64,000 nt of DNA from Mobula hypostoma (GCF_963921235.1 NC_086097.1:111292001-111356000); one strand, 5' to 3'; counted from the first letter of the stretch, positions 12,690 to 24,649 are shown. Notes: generated by a model not told the origin, from the letters alone. Numbers and translations are program-made.

Positions 12690-13090
12690 CCGCTTCCCTC
12701 TTCCCCCACCCACCACCTCCCCTCCTCCTCTTTATTCCATGGTTGATTGTCCTCTCCTATCAGATTCCTCCGTCAGCCCTTTACCTCTTCCACTTATCAC
12801 CTCTCAGCTTCTCTCATCATTCCTCACCTCCCCACCCACCCACCCACCTCCCCTCTCACCTGGTCTCACCTATTACCTGCCAGCTTCTACTCCTTCAAGC
12901 TTCACACATCATCCTCCCTTTCCCCACCCCCAACTTTTTGTTCTGGTTTCTGTCCACTTCCTTTCCAGTCCTGATGAAGTGTCTCGGTCCAAAATGTTGA
13001 CTGTTTATTTCCCTTCACAGATGCTGCTCAACCTTCTCCTTTGTGTCCTGTTCAAGATTTTCAGCATCTGCAGAATTTTTTGTGTCTCTA
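12690..13090 (+). mobile_element. Old Penelope-like 3' UTR/terminal repeat remnant with decayed hammerhead
   Basis: Pyrimidine-rich UTR, then cagtcCTGATGAagtgtctcggtccAAAAtgttgactg. Confidence 0.65.
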
Positions 13091-13253
13091 ATATGGAATC
13101 AAAAGCATGAAAAAAAGATGAAAGTGGCTTAGTTTTAGTAGCTAAAGGAAGAGTACAGTTTTCAAATAAAACTGAGATTGCTGACTTAAAGCAACACACA
13201 TCAAAGTTGCTGGTGAACGCAGCAGGCCAGGCAGTATCTCTAGGAAGAGGTAC

Positions 13254-13289
13254 AGTCGACGTTTCAGGCTGAGACCCTTCGTCAGGACT
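13254..13289 (-). ncRNA. Minimal hammerhead ribozyme motif in Penelope terminal repeat
   Basis: Reverse complement reads agtcCTGACGAagggtctcagcctGAAACGTCgact. Confidence 0.78.
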
Positions 13290-15044
13290 AACTGAAGGAA
13301 GAGTGAGTAAGGGATTTGAAAGCTGGAGGGGGAGGGGGAGATGCAAAATGATAGGAGAAGACAGGAGGGGGAGGGATGGAGCCAAGAGCTGGACAGTTGA
13401 TTGGCAAAAGGGATATGAGAGGATCATGGGACAGGAGGCCCAGGGAGAAGGAAAAGGGGCGGAGGGACCCAGAGAATGAGCAGGGGGTATAGTCAGAGGG
13501 ACAGACTGAGAAAAAGGAGAGTGAGAGAAAGAATGTGTGTATATAACTAAATAACGGATGGGGTACGAGGGGGAGGTGGGGCATTAGCGGAAGATAGAGA
13601 AGTCGATGTTCATGCCATCAGGTTGAAGGCTACCCAGGTGTTGTTCCTCCAACCTGAGTGTGGCTTCATCTTCACAGTAGAGGAGGCCGTGCTTAGACAT
13701 GTCAGAATGGGAATGGGATGTGGAATTAAAATATGTGGCCACTGGGAGATCCTGCTTTCTCTGGTGGACAGAGCGTAGGTGTTCAGCAAAACGATCTCCC
13801 AGTCTGCGTCAGGTCTCACCAATTTATAGAAGGCCACAATGGGAGCACCGGACGCAGTATATCACCCCAGCCGACTCACAGGTGAAGTGTCGCCTCACCT
13901 GGAGGGACTGTCTGGGTCCCTGAATGGTGGTAAGGGAGGAAGTGTAAGGACATGTGTAGCACTTGTTCCGCTTACACAGGTAAGTGCCAGGAGGGAGATC
14001 AGTGGGGAGGAATGGGGGGGGACGAATGGACAAGGGAGTCGCATATAGGGAGTGATCCTTGCGGAAAGCGGGGGGGGGAGGGAAAGATGTGCTTAGTGGT
14101 GGGATCCCGTTGGAGGTGGCGGAAGTTACGGAGAATAATATGTTGGACCTGGAGGCTGGTGGGGTGGTAGGTGAGGACATGGGGAACCCTATTCATAGTG
14201 GGGTGGCGGGAGGATGGAGTGAGAGCAGATGTGCGTGAAATGGGGGAGATGCGTTTGAGAGCAGAGTTGATGGTGGAGGAAGGGAAGCCCCTTTTTTTAA
14301 AAAAGGAGGACATCTCCCTCGTCCTGGAATGAAAAGCCTGATCCTGAGAGCAGATGCAGCAGAGACGGAGGAATTGCAAGAAGGGGATGGCATTTTTGCA
14401 AGAGACAGGGTGAGAAGAAGAATAGTCCAGATAGCTGTAAGAGTCAGTAGGCTTATACTAGACATCAGTAGATAAGCTGTCTCCAGAGATAGAGACAGAA
14501 AGATTTAGAAAGGGGAGGGAGGTGTCGGAAATGGGCCAGGTAAACTTGAGGGCAGGGTGAAAGTTGGAGGCAAAGTTAATAAAGTCAATGAGCTCAGCAT
14601 GTGTGCAGGAATCCCATTCCCATTCTGACACGGTCTCCTCTACTGTAAAGATGAAGCTACACTCAGGTTGGAGGAACAACACCTTATATTCCGTCTGGGT
14701 AGCCTCCAACCGATGGCATGAACATTGACTTCTCTAACTTCTGCTAATGCCCCACCTCCACCTCGTTCCCCATCCGTTATTTATATACACACATTCTTTC
14801 TCTTGCTCTCCTTTTTCTCCCTCTGTCCCTCTGACTATACCCCTTGCCCATCCTCTGGCGTTTTCCCCCCTCTCCCCCTTTTCCTTCTCCCTGGGCCTCC
14901 TGTCCCATGATCCTCTCATATCCCTTTTGCCAATCAACTGTCCAGCTCTTAGCTCCATCCCTCCCCCTCCTGTCTTCTCCTATCATTTTGGATGTCCCCC
15001 TCTCCCTCCCACTTCCAAATCTCTTACTAGCTCTTCCTTCAGTT

Positions 15045-15080
15045 AGTCCTGACGAAGGGTCTCAGCCTGAAACGTCGACC
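15045..15080 (+). ncRNA. Minimal hammerhead ribozyme motif in inverted Penelope terminal repeat
   Basis: agtcCTGACGAagggtctcagcctGAAACGTCgacc; core intact, outer stem I mismatch. Confidence 0.75.
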
Positions 15081-16737
15081 GTACCTCTTCCTAGAGATGC
15101 TGCCTGGCCTGCTGCGTTCACCAGCAACTTTGATGTTTGTTGCTTGAATTTCCAGCATCTGCAGAATTCCTCGTGTTTGCTGACTTAAAAGTTGAAAGAG
15201 AACCGCAAATGTTAATTCTAAGTTTATTCTACTGTATGGTCCCACTACAGCTCACAAATGATAAAGATTTGTGTTTTTTGGAAGGCTTATGTGTGTTTTA
15301 TTAACTATTTCAATACCCAACAAACATCTCTGAAGAAAATGACCAAATGATTAAAAACACAGTAACACACAGGATGAAGGGTCTTGACCCGAAACCTTGA
15401 CTGTTTATTCTCGCCATAGATTCTGCCTAACTTGCTGAGTTCCTCCAGCATTTTGTGTGTGTGGCTCAAGATTTCCAGCATCTGCAGTATTCTTATATTT
15501 AAAATTGCACTGTTTTTGAAACTGTACACCAATTATTTACTATTTTGCTTTCAATCTTTTCTGCCATTTTAACGTTTATTTATACTTCCAAATTAATTTA
15601 AATTTCAAATTCCTGTTATGCATTTAAGGATTAACTGGATTAACTCATTTATTGAGTTAGCCTGTGAACAGATCCTTCATGAAATTACAATTCCAATAAT
15701 CTGAAACTGTGGCTGTAGTTCAGAGACTATTTGAGGACCATTTGCGCAGAATTCTATTCGGCAGGGTCATGAAGTAACAGTGATGACTTGTGTGTCTTTT
15801 AACATAACCATCAAGGCTGGAGAAAACAGAGATATGAAAAAGACAATGATAGGAGTTCATTATCATTGTCAAAGTGAAAAATATTTTAACTATAACTGAG
15901 ACAGTCAAACCACGTGGCAAACCTTTTCTTGGTGGGGGGAGGGGTCTGTCGAGAATATCCTGGACAATTTAATACCATGGTAACAATTTACATTTGTAGC
16001 ACCTTTCATGACCTCTGACAACAGCATTACTGTAATAGCCAGTGAAATCTTTTAAATATTCTCACACTTCTTAACTATTTAAAATAGGGTTCAACAAATG
16101 GCTCAGTTGCAGAGTTTTGACTTCAAACGTTGACAATTTCGCTGTACGGTTTTGACCTGAAATGTTGACAGGTTGTTTTCTCCCACAGATGCTGCATGAC
16201 CTTCAGCATATTGTTGCTCAGTTGCAGATCATCAGATAATGCTATTACTAGCATGGAATTTTTGTATTCGTCTGAGAGAACATTATCAAAACAGCAGTAG
16301 ATTAGAAATTGTGTTGCATGTGAAAAATGGACACTAAAGGGAATAATATAGCATGTAATGTGTGTGCCACCAAACCTGATATTACTGCATATTAGCATAT
16401 AATTGTATGCTATTTCATGGAGTACCCAGCAGTTGCTCTAAGTGCACATTTGGTATCTGAGTGCAGCATGTGTCAGAGGCAAGCTACCAAATGACCATTG
16501 CTGAGCACCCATGCATTTTTCTAACAAAAGATTATCACATGATAATTTATTTAAATAACAGAAACTTACTGAGAGATCAGGATACAAAAGAAATGATACT
16601 TCGGGTGTAAACAGCCTATTGTCCTTCACATTATTCTGGTATCCTGACATCTGTAAATTATATGGCCCTTGCTGACTTCCGTATTATTTGATATCCTCTG
16701 TTACTTATTCCTTTCAATTTTTCTTTGTCCTCTACAG

Positions 16738-16851
16738 TCATCTGATTTTTCTGATCAGATTGGATCAACAGCTGCCTATTTTAGCCGTTCAAGCCGCCGG
16801 GGAAGTGTGGTTTCAGACTCTGATGATATAACTGTCCCAGATGTTTTTAGT
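16738..16851 (+). CDS. LRRFIP2: LRRFIP2 coding exon, 114 nt (SSDFSDQIGSTAAYFSRSSRRGSVVSDSDDITVPDVFS)
   Basis: Polypyrimidine tract + ctacag, donor gtgagt; YFSRSxRRGSVVS motif of LRRFIP2. A second in-frame acceptor would start the exon at 16759. Confidence 0.9.
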
Positions 16852-17470
16852 GTGAGTGAGCACACCTGTGCTGTGTGATTTGGAGCTGAGTTTTAGAGGT
16901 GACCATTCCCCCTGTAATACTGTGATTTATGTCTTGTGATTTGGCAATTTATCATCTCCATGCATATTTTAACTTGCTGCTCCGTGGCTTCTGAAATAAT
17001 GATCATATGTTTATTTTGGAAGTAACATTGTGATCTTTTAAAACTGCATGATTGTGTATATTAATTTAAGCCAAGCATTAATAAACATTGAATATAAATA
17101 TTTGTTCAACTTTGTTTCAAATAATATTGGAAAAGTCTGGGAAAAGACTGTACACTGTCTACTTGTGGCCATTATTGTGTCTTACTATGTATTCAATAAT
17201 AACATTTTGCATTCATACTTGTTAATATTGTGCTGATCAAAATTTGCAACTGTGTTTGTCACTAAATGATCATTGACCAACCTTGACAGTTTTGACTGAA
17301 TGTTCCAGAATGTGTAGGAAAGGTCTTATGTACTAGTTTTCTTCAGTAGTATTTTAATGTTATTGCAGTGTTTTGAGATTTGTTGTACAAATTGTGTATG
17401 CTAACTTGTGTGCATGAAAGACTCGTGATTTTGTAGGTTTTTAATTTTCCTGCAGTAGTTTTCCCTCATA

Positions 17471-17691
17471 CAGATCATCTCAGGTTACGGTAGGATTCTC
17501 TGTGGTGAATTGTTTAAACCCAAACAGTCAGCAAGTCAGAAATGTGGCTGTGAATCAATTTCCCAGTCAGCAGAAGATGCCTGAAACTCTGCAGTAGTTG
17601 ACTAATCCTTACTGCCAGTCTCCCAAATGCTTGTTTGTATGTGCGGTCTGTTCCATACTAAGTCGGGTGTTCGTAAGGTGGGGAGAACCTA
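17471..17691. mobile_element. Possible old Tigger/pogo-like MITE
   Basis: TA-flanked, degenerate termini cagatcatctcaggttacg / cgtaaggtggggagaaccta. Confidence 0.45.
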
Positions 17692-18119
17692 TACTTAGAA
17701 TATATTGTTTGCTGGCTTCCATAACTCACTGCAGGCAGTTTTCTTCATACCCAGTTAGCATGTTGAAACTATTTTTGACTGGCTTTTGGCACAGGGCAAT
17801 ACAATCACTAACCTGTTTTTAAGTAAATATGTCCAGGAAATGCACAGCCAACCCTCAGTACAGGGAGGGCTCAGTAATAGGTCCTGGTGTGCCTGTCACC
17901 CCCTTCACTTGCTGGACTGGGGTAGATAGGCAGCTCCATTGATTTGAACAGATATTTGTGATCTGGAGGTTATGAAGAAAAAAGTGTTGACATTTAACAT
18001 TTATTTTTCCTTGCTGAGAATGAGAGTATGTGTGGGAAGGGTGATAAAGGACAGTTAATATAAAGGCATATGCCATTTCATTTTATAATGATATTATGTA
18101 GCATTATATTATATATTAT

Positions 18120-19500
18120 ATAGCAGTACAGCACAGATACAGGAGCTTCAGTTCATGCCTACCAAAACACCCACTCATTTTGTCCCATTTTCCTGTGTTT
18201 GGCCCGTACCCATCTAAACTTTGCTGCTGCATATATCTATTCCAAGTGCCTCGTAAATAATACTTCTGTAACTGCCTCAACCACTTTGCCGAGCAGCATG
18301 AGTTATATACTCACATTCCCTCTTGTGAAAAAGTTGCCCGTCAAGTCCCTCAGTATAGGACTACTTTATCCTAAGGAAAAGCCTGCTACCATTCACCTTC
18401 TTTCTGCCCCTCGTGATCTTATAACTTCTATAAGGTCTCCCCTCATTCTTCTACACTGTGCTGCAAAGAATAAAGACCTAGTCTGGCCTGCCTCTCCATA
18501 TTATTCAGGTTCAATAGTCATAGCAACATCCTCATAAATCTCCGCAGTCTTTCCAGTTTAATCATGTCTTTCCAATAACAAGGTAACCAAAACTGTATAC
18601 TGTATTCCAAGTGTGACCTTACCAGCAACTTGTACAATGGGCGACAGTAGCTTAGCGATTAGCACAACACTATTACTTCTCGGGGTTTGGAGTTTGGAGT
18701 TCGATTCCGATGTCATCTGTCAGGAGTGTGTACATCCTCCCCATGGAAATCATGGATTTTCTCCGGGTGCTTCAGTTTCCTCCCACAGTCCAAAGACATA
18801 CCAGTTAGTAGGTTAATTGGTCAGTGTAAATTATCCTGTGATTAGGCTAGGGTTAAATTGGGAGTTGCAGGGTGATACAGCTTAAAGTGTCAGAAGGGCC
18901 TTTACCACATTGTATCTCAATATACAGTGTAAAAAAACATAATCTCCGAACTCCCATACTCAGTGCCCTGACTGATGAAACCCAACACGTTTAATGTCTT
19001 TTTCATCATCCTATTTACCCTGTGACTCTAGTTTCAACAAGCAGTGCACTTGTACTCTTAGGTTCCTCTTTTCCATTTCTTAGTACCCTACCATTCATAG
19101 TACAAAACGTAAGCTGGTTTGACTTTCCCAAATGGATTACTTCACACTTATCTATATTGAAATCTACAAACGTTTGCTACTCCTTGGCCAACCTTTCCTA
19201 AATGATTTCTCTGTTATCGATGATAATCTTTACTATCAATAACACTTAATAATTTCATATTATCCACAAATTTACCAATCAAGCCTTGTGCATTTGCAAC
19301 CAAATCATTGATATAAGAATGAAGCGTCCCAATGCTGACCTCTACTGCACACCAGTAGTCACTGACCACCATTCTCAGAAACAACCTTCAACCAGCACCC
19401 TCTATTTCCGACCTCAGAGCCAATTCTGAGTACAGCGAAGTAGCTCTCCCAGGATTCCATGGGATCTCACCTCCCAGACCAGCTTATCTGTGGCAGCTCA
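18120..19500 (-). mobile_element. Old CR1 3' fragment interrupted by a SINE
   Basis: Antisense similarity to CR1 RT/3' UTR copies. Confidence 0.6.
18638..18925 (+). mobile_element. tRNA-derived V-SINE (HE1-like)
   Basis: A/B box-like head (tagcttagcg..gttcgattcc) and V-domain ttctccgggtgcttcagtttcctcccacagtccaaagac. Confidence 0.75.
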
Positions 19501-19669
19501 TTTCACATATGCACCATCCTCTGAAAGAAGTTTCCCGTCTGTCCCTCTTAAATCAAAGAAGACATCTTCAGTTATCTGAATAATCATTAATCAACCTGAT
19601 ATTTTTGCATGAAATGTGTGGATAGACTGTATGATGAGGTATAGGTGTATGATAAGCAAAATTACCAAT

Positions 19670-19895
19670 GCCTTAGCAGTTAGCATATCGCTGTTACAGC
19701 GCCAGCAACCTTGCTCAATTCAGCTGCTGTTTGTAAGGAGTTTGCATATTCTCCAGTGAATATTTTGGTTTCCACCGGGTACCCTGGTCTCCTCTCACAT
19801 TCCAAAAAGATGTATGGGTTTGTAGGTTAATTGGTTAATTGGTCACATGGGTGGAAGCTTGTTGGGCCTGTTGCAGTGTCATGTCTATTAATAAA
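19670..19895 (+). mobile_element. Degenerate V-SINE
   Basis: tccaccgggtaccctggtctcctctcacattccaaa V-domain similarity; taggttaattggt as in the 18638 copy. Confidence 0.6.
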
Positions 19896-20788
19896 TAATT
19901 TCAAATGGCTACTAGTGTTTAAATTTCTGCAGAAAAGAGACACAATAAGAATACAACACAATATCTTTGCAGATGCCGAGGATACAAGGCTATCATGCCC
20001 AGTTTATTTTGTTAGATAAAAACAATTTGTTTGTAGGAAAATACTTGGGGCTGACTATGCTGCAGCTTTTGTTGTGTTGTGGCACTTTTTTAAAATTACA
20101 AAGGTCATTTTGCAATGCAATATTATAATGTCAGCACCAAGAGATGTTGTTATTAGAGTCATTTACACTGCCTATCAAATTTTAATTGCAAAAAGGCCAT
20201 CCCAATCACTTGTCAAATTGTTGCAGATTTTTTGAGGTTTCTGGCTGTAGGAAGACCCAGGCTGATAAGAAATAGACCAATGAATTGAAGTGCAGAGTTG
20301 TACCTAATTGAAATAAAAGCAAGGAATGCTAGAAATCAGACATCTCACCCTGCAAAAACTCACTTCAGGGAGGTAGCACCCCTGCCCCCCGCAATCCCAT
20401 ATTCCCCCCCCCCACCATCCCCACGGTCGACCTCCAAGGGTGTATGTAATACTTTGTGTAGTGATTTTGTCTAATCTGTAAGCCAAGTTGGGTATATGCA
20501 GGAAATGTGATATTAAAATATGTACTTATATTATCATGTTTATTCTTTACAACTTTAAGCAAGTCTCCAGGGAGTTTGGCCTCTTCAAGTAGGACATCAA
20601 TAGCATAGCTCCTTAGCAGCTAGCCAGCTAGTTTAAATAACGTTAGCTGTGCTAATGAACGAATGACACCTGTTAAACTCACCTCAACATGTCTTTTACA
20701 TTTTAACCCACCATGGGCAATAGAAACAACACACATAAAAGTTGCTGGTGAACGCAGCAGGCCAGGCAGCATCTCTAGAAAGAGGTGC

Positions 20789-20824
20789 AGTCGACGTTTC
20801 AGGCCGAGACCCTTCGTCAGGACT
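20789..20824 (-). ncRNA. Minimal hammerhead ribozyme motif (antisense arm)
   Basis: Exact reverse complement of 20850-20885. Confidence 0.78.
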
Positions 20825-20849
20825 AACGAAAAAGTAACGAAAAAGTGTT

Positions 20850-20885
20850 AGTCCTGACGAAGGGTCTCGGCCTGAAACGTCGACT
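20850..20885 (+). ncRNA. Minimal hammerhead ribozyme motif (sense arm)
   Basis: agtcCTGACGAagggtctcggcctGAAACGTCgact; predicted cleavage after 20881. Confidence 0.8.
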
Positions 20886-21091
20886 GCACCTCTTCCTACA
20901 GATGCTGCTTGGCCTGCTGCGTTCACCAGCAACTTTGATGTGTGTTGCTTGAATTTCCAGCACCTGCAGAATTCCTGTTGTATGGGCAATAGAAAGGTCA
21001 CTGTTGCAAACAGTGCAGCGAGCAACACTGTCATTATTTTTGAGGTCGACTATAAAGCCCGCCCACAGAGAAAACTGATAGGTCTACTTAG

Positions 21092-21810
21092 CAGAGATCC
21101 GCAATCGTTTTTGCACCGCAGACCGGTTTAATATTGACAATATTTTTGCGGACTGGCCGACTGGGGGCGGGGGTGTTAATCACAACTGGAATATAGATGA
21201 TAAGTCAATGGCATCATAACATTTTAAGTAACGTTTGGATATTAAACACACCGCATATTTTCCCGTATGAACATATAAAATCATTGCAACACACCAATAT
21301 CGCTGAATCAGTGGGAGCCCTGGGCTTGTTTCCCTGCAACAAGACGGTCCTATCGAGGGGTGATGGGAGACAGCGATACTCGAAGGGGGTTCCTTATGTC
21401 CAGTCTATTCCGCAACTTAGTTTTTGTTGCATTCATTGCAGAAATCTCCACTTCACAGAGATATGTTGGAAATGGAAGCAACGTTTTCAGTGCTTCCGTG
21501 GCTATCTCAGGATATTCAGCCTTGACTTTGATCCAGAATGCCGGCAGAGATGTTATGTCAAACATACTTTTCAGCCCGCCGTCATTTGCAAGCTCGAGGA
21601 GTTGATCTTTTTCCCGCGCTGACACAGATGATTCACTGGGGACATTTACAAATGGGTCACGGATCCATTCCTTTGCACATCTCGGGTCACTGGTGACTTC
21701 GCGTGCGTTAAAATTCAACAGTGCGTGACAGGGAATGAGGAAAGGTGCAGCTGACTCATATCGTTTCATATAACCAAATCATATTCTTTGTTGGTGGTTG
21801 AGGACCACTC
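21092..21810 (-). mobile_element. hAT (Charlie/Buster-like) transposase C-terminal remnant
   Basis: ORF 21350..21769 (WIRDPF..FWIKVKAEYPEIA..LLPFPTYLCE..KTKLRNRL), the hAT dimerisation region; Charlie-like end ggttgaggaccact. Confidence 0.8.
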
Positions 21811-22441
21811 TTAGCACGAAGAGAGACCAATCAGGATGCACGCTCTCCCTCTTCCTCTCCCTCTCAAAAAAATCTATTTCTGGGATATTGTAGATAATTT
21901 CTGGGCGTCAGGGAGCCACTATCAATATGCAGGAGACTCCCGGAACTTCCGGGAGAGATGGGATGTCTGAGAAATATCGAGCAGGCTGACATTATCTGTT
22001 GAATGAAAATGAGTTAACATTTCAGATCAATATAATTTCATCAGAACCTGGAAAAGCTGGTCATTTTTTTTTTCGGAACATGAGGAGTGCTGGAGAGAAT
22101 AAGGGTGGGACACTTAGAGAGATGCAAATGGTTCTGTGCTTGTGGTTGATCTGTAAGGGGTAGCATTTGGACAGTAGGATAAAAGTATTGTTGGATCTGT
22201 TGTACTGAACCCTGCAGATCTGTGGAGAGGGAGTTGTACAGTTGATGTCTTATTATCTGAACTGGCTGGTTGCAAAACAAACTGAAAATCTAGTTAATTG
22301 AAACTGTTCAGTTGTGTTGCATCCTGAGGGTTGTCAGAAAATGTGATGCTGTTTCTTAAGCTCACATTGAATTTTGTTTGGACAGAAAGAGGCCAAGGTG
22401 GGTTTGGAATGGAGAATTAAAATGGCAGACAATTGGAAACT

Positions 22442-22645
22442 GCTGGCTAGTGGTGTAATGGCATTTGCACCAGACTTTGAGGCAAATGGTTCCAGGCTCA
22501 ATTCCAGCAGACTTCTTGCACACTTTCTATCCATGCTGGGTTGAGCATTGAGCTAGCAACTCGGCCTTGTAAAAAAACAAACAAATGCTTAAAAAAGGGC
22601 AAGGTTGCTGCCTGATGCGCCACAAGGCTTGGAGAGGAACAACAA
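22442..22645 (+). mobile_element. tRNA-derived SINE with (CAA)n tail
   Basis: A box tggtgtaatgg, B box ggctcaattcc, tail gaacaacaac; degenerate TSD acaattggaaact / acagttgaaaact. Confidence 0.6.
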
Positions 22646-22879
22646 CAGTTGAAAACTCAGGAGTGAACAGAGGTATTCTGCAAAGAACTTGCCCAGTCTG
22701 TATTTGGTTACGTAAATCCCAGTGTAGAAAGGAAACTGCAATGTGAGCACTGAGTGCAGTACACTAAATTAAGAAATGCAAATGAACCACTGCTTAACCT
22801 TGAAGGAGTATTTGAGCCCCTAGATTTTGGGAAAGAAAGAGATTAAGTGGCTGATGTTGTGAGATGAGCAGTTCATAGA

Positions 22880-23940
22880 GTTCAAGAGTTAGAATAAGAA
22901 GGCTGTGGGAGGGGAAGGAGTACAAGCTAGAAGGTGATAGGTGAAGCCAGGTGAGTAGGGGAGAGAGGATGAAGTAAGAAGCTAGGAGGTGATAGGTGGA
23001 AAAGGTAAACAGCTGGAGAAGACCACATCCTCAGAATAGAGAGATATCCGGTTAGAACAGAGATGACAAGAAATTTCTTTAGCCAGAGAGTGGTGTTTGT
23101 ATGGAATTTGTTGCCAGAGGCGGATGTGGAAGCCGTTATTGAGTATATTTAAGGCAAAACTTGATAAATTTTTGAATAGTCAGGGCATGAAGGGTTATGG
23201 GGGGAAGGCAGGAGATTGGGGCTGAGAGGGAAATGGATCAGCCATGATGAAATGGTGGAGCAGACTCGATAGACCAAATGGTCTTATTCTCCTCCTATAT
23301 TCAATGGTCTTATCTCAAAGATGAAATCTGATAGGAGAAGAGAGTGGATCATGGGAGAAAGAGGAGGAAGAGGGGCACCGAGGGAAGTGATAAGCAAGTG
23401 AGGAGAAGAGAAGGGTAAGGGCGGGGGGGAACAGCGGGGAATTGAGTAATTGGGAGGTGGGTGGAAGTTATTGGAAGTTGGAGAAATCAATGTTTTTGCC
23501 ATCAGGTTGGAAGCTACTTGGACAGAAAGTGAGGTGTTGCTCCTTCAGTCTGAGTGTGGCCTTTCATAGCAGAGAGTAGGCCATGGACCAACAAGTCAGA
23601 ATGGGAATGGAGTTTGGAATTAAAGTCGTTGGCCACTAGGAAATCTTGCTTTTTGAGGTTGGAGTGAAGATTTTGACCAAGTGTTCTAATGTGCATTGGG
23701 TCTCACCAATATAGAGGAGACCGCATTGGGAGCACCAGATACAGTTAACAACCCCAACAGAACTGCAGGGGAAGTGTTGCCTCACCTGGAAGAGGCTCTG
23801 AATGGAGGTGAATAGGTAGGTGTAGCACTTTTTCTGCTTGCAGGGAATAGTGCTAAAAGGGGAGGAATGAATGGACAAGGGAATCACAGAGGGAGTGATC
23901 CTTGTGGAGAGTTGGGGCAGGGGTAAAGGTGTGTGTTAAA
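22880..23940 (-). mobile_element. Old Penelope-like fragment (GIY-YIG remnant) with nested CR1 3' end (~23022-23312)
   Basis: ORF 23636..23887 (CKQKKCY..VVNCIWCSQCGLLYIGET). Confidence 0.8.
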
Positions 23941-24161
23941 TGAGGCTGCAAGATAAACTCCAAGATTTTATATTTAGTGCCCCTCCCTTACGAAGGCAAG
24001 TTGCAGTAAAAGTCAGCTTGGCAAGCATTGACAGAATCAGCTTTATCAGGAGGTTTTGAGTATGATCTTTGATGATATTAGGATTAGTACTTTGTGAGCA
24101 GAATATTGTATGCTCAAAGGCTAAGTTAAAGGCAGCCAGGGCAGTGGAAAAATAGAGTCGA

Positions 24162-24253
24162 GGTCATGCTGTCAGCTCGTAATGAGTCAATGTAGAGAGG
24201 GTAAAATGGTCAGGCTGTCAGCTCATAATGAGTCAATGTAGAGAGGGTAAGAT
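24162..24253 (+). repeat. 46-bp tandem duplication
   Basis: ggtca(t/g)gctgtcagctc(g/a)taatgagtcaatgtagagagggtaa(a/g)at twice. Confidence 0.9.
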
Positions 24254-24649
24254 GCCTTCTCATTAGTAATTAGTTGAAAATTGACCAAATCATTTTTCAA
24301 TTAATTTTCTAATGTTCATGTTAGTTGAGGTAATCCTTTACCACTTGATTGATGCACAGTATTTTTAGTCAAAGTGAAAGTTTTATTGCATAAATGATAA
24401 ACAGTTAAAAGCAGGACTGCAGTTTAATGGAATCAAAAAGTTTACATGCTTTTCATTTTGAATGTCTGAAATTCCACTATTTGCCAAGCATGGCATAAAT
24501 TTAACATTTAATTCCTTGTGTTTAGTTCACGCTTCATTTTATTTTTGTGCTAAACTTAATTTTCTGATGTACTTTCACATAAATTGGTAGTTAGATATGA
24601 TTATTATTTAATATTGTAGTATTAATATATGTTTTTTGTTTGTTTACAG

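Larger units (their letters stand above)
13191..15176 (-). mobile_element. Young 5'-truncated Penelope-like element (RT C-term, Cys linker, GIY-YIG) with inverted 5' segment
   Basis: - strand body 13191-14610 (frameshifted ORFs incl. CKRNKCYTC, FTCESAGVIYCVRCSHCGLL); + strand inverted copy 14611-15176; 13-bp TSD ttgctgacttaaa at 13178-13190 and 15177-15189. Confidence 0.92.
20727..20981. mobile_element. Penelope-derived palindromic mini-element with the same 19-nt spacer as the 10517 copy
   Basis: 101-bp arms 20727-20827 / 20847-20947; 14-bp TSD atgggcaatagaaa at 20713-20726 and 20982-20995. Confidence 0.92.
20337..21969. mobile_element. DNA transposon-like composite with 13-bp TIRs and 6-bp TSD
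   Basis: cagacatctcacc ... gatgggatgtctg (11/13 complementary), flanked by agaaat at 20331-20336 and 21970-21975. Confidence 0.6.

Noticed and set aside
18638..18715. tRNA gene
   Set aside because: The A/B boxes belong to a SINE head followed by a V-domain; I could not fold a complete cloverleaf.
21350..21769. Domesticated ZBED/SCAND3-like host gene
   Set aside because: Only a C-terminal fragment, bounded by transposon-like termini, with no catalytic N-terminal part.
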